IMG/VR virus record: IMGVR_UViG_3300017774_005026
Location: 1-27,441 of that record
Reading direction: 5' to 3' (one strand)
Length of the DNA stretch: 27,441 nt
DNA from: a virus
Lineage: Duplodnaviria > Caudoviricetes
Of the stretch, positions 26,355 through 27,441 are shown one piece after another (the stretch's first letter is position 1; each line of letters begins with the position of its first letter). The notes below the pieces were generated by a model, which was given only the letters and a program-made list of their open reading frames with translations, made no database searches and was not told the origin of the DNA. A program made the translations under genes and the position numbers.

Positions 26355-26445
26355 CATCAAAAAACCACTGTGCTAATTTTTTACAAATAGTCATGCTTAC
26401 TCTTAGCCCGTCGCATCTTCCACGGAAACAGCGACGGGTTTTTTT
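26351..26445 (+). ncRNA. promoter + short RNA + terminator unit 1 (candidate sRNA of about 60 nt)
   Basis: TTGACA-N17-TAATTT with TGn; hairpin GCCCGTCGC/GCGACGGGT and T-run. Confidence 0.55.
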
Positions 26446-26446
26446 A

Positions 26447-26563
26447 TTTACAGACAAAAACAAATATGCTAGATTTGCTTTAAGTGTTAATCTCCTTAAT
26501 GCTTGATTGGTTCATCATCGAAAGCCCGTCGCGTCTTGTTTGCGGAATGCGGCGGGTTTTTTT
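26447..26563 (+). ncRNA. promoter + short RNA + terminator unit 2 (candidate sRNA of about 80 nt)
   Basis: TTTACA-N17-TAGATT with TGn; homologous hairpin GCCCGTCGCGT/ATGCGGCGGGT and T-run. Confidence 0.55.
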
Positions 26564-26575
26564 AGAAGGCTTACA

Positions 26576-26761
26576 ATGAAGAATTACGATTTTAGCTCGG
26601 CAGCGTTTGACAAAAAGTTTTATGAAGAATTTGGCGACAGCTTTTTAAAAAGGCTTCGGCGTAAATTTTATTACACCAAAGCGGAAAACGAATTTGTTTT
26701 TTCCATTTTTGGGGGTGCCTATAAACGCCGCCCTAATTGGGATTGTAAAATCATTGATTAG
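26576..26761 (+). CDS. hypothetical protein
   Basis: GAAGG RBS before ATG 26576. Confidence 0.5.
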   Translation: MKNYDFSSAAFDKKFYEEFGDSFLKRLRRKFYYTKAENEFVFSIFGGAYKRRPNWDCKIID

Positions 26762-26805
26762 GACATGAGACGTTAATTTATTATCGCAAACTGAGATAAA
26801 GTGCC

Positions 26806-27102
26806 ATGGCAAAAGGTATAAAAACAGGCGGCGGTTCTCGCACGGGAAAGCCTAACAAGGCAACGGCAGAGGCAAGGCAGGCAATAGCCGTTTTTGTTGA
26901 AGGCAACGTAGACCGCTTAAATGGCTGGCTAGATCAAATAGCAGCCGATAGTCCGACAGCGGCGTTTGACAGGTTTATGTCAGTTGTTGAATATCATATT
27001 CCCAAACTCCAGCGGCAAGAGCAGCAAGCCCTAGACAAAGACGGCAAGCCCGCAGACAATCAAATAACGGTGCGCTTTGTCGGAAATTCAGATACCGAAT
27101 AA
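26806..27102 (+). CDS. terS: terminase small subunit
   Basis: KTGGGSRTGKPNKAT N-terminal motif; overlaps TerL. Confidence 0.7.
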   Translation: MAKGIKTGGGSRTGKPNKATAEARQAIAVFVEGNVDRLNGWLDQIAADSPTAAFDRFMSVVEYHIPKLQRQEQQALDKDGKPADNQITVRFVGNSDTE

Positions 27103-27441
27103 ATTTGGCTTTCTCTTTAAGCCTAAACGATACAAGGTCATGTATGGCGGACGTGGCGGCGCAAAATCTCACGCTGTTGCAAGGGCGCTTCTCGTGCTTG
27201 GTATGCAGAAACCGCTGCGCATAATCTGCGCTCGTGAAATTCAGAAATCCATCAGTGATTCGGTTCACGCCCTGCTTGCTGATTTAATCCGCAGCCACGG
27301 TCTTGAAGGCACAAAATACGAAATCCAGCGCGATGTTATTAAGGGCAGGAACGGAACTGAGTTTAAGTTTCGCGGCCTGAAGCACAACACAACCGACCTG
27401 AAATCCCTTGAAGGCGCGGATATATGCTGGATTGAAGAGGC
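27077..27441 (+). CDS. terL: terminase large subunit, PBSX-type (3'-truncated; not in ORF track)
   Basis: From TTG 27077: RYKVMYGGRGGAKS (Walker A), CAREIQKSISDSV, KSLEGADICWIEE (Walker B). Confidence 0.9.
   Translation, partial: MSEIQIPNKFGFLFKPKRYKVMYGGRGGAKSHAVARALLVLGMQKPLRIICAREIQKSISDSVHALLADLIRSHGLEGTKYEIQRDVIKGRNGTEFKFRGLKHNTTDLKSLEGADICWIEE

Noticed and set aside
26351-26563. Mini CRISPR array
   Set aside because: Only two imperfect copies, each with its own promoter and U-tail; no cas genes.
456-27268. Numerous antisense or alternate-frame ORFs in the track (e.g. 5458-5973, 10437-10916, 18534-19061, 26975-27268)
   Set aside because: They shadow well-supported genes and lack recognisable motifs; 26975-27268 is antisense to terS/terL.

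Overview
This is a 27.4-kb segment of a tailed dsDNA phage with P22/podovirus-like organisation. The overlapping spanin pair implies a Gram-negative host, and an alphaproteobacterial host is only a guess. The + strand (1-14959) carries the late genes: head-tail stabilisation, a GNAT protein, ejection proteins, a tail fibre, and a lysis cassette interrupted by a metallophosphoesterase and a DUF6378-like gene. A second fibre/adhesin module follows, containing an orphan nucleotidyltransferase. The - strand (15039-23463) carries two early operons with many small ORFs, a DnaA-C-like HTH, RusA, a DNA methyltransferase, an SSB-like protein and a single-strand annealing protein. The + strand (23723-end) carries the replication initiator, DnaB, an HTH module, TerS and the start of TerL. 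No integrase or CI repressor is recognisable. The most interesting non-coding signals are: (1) two tandem promoter-seed-terminator units upstream of terS that look like small-RNA genes, one complementary to the RBS of the first gene of an early operon; (2) a CCA-ending tRNA-like fold with collapsed T and anticodon arms; (3) an 18-bp operator shared by both leftward promoters; (4) a structured RBS-sequestering leader before the replication operon; and (5) an A-X-B-A-Y-B tandem cassette junction where the late and early arms converge. All product calls come from motif recognition and synteny, with no database search.
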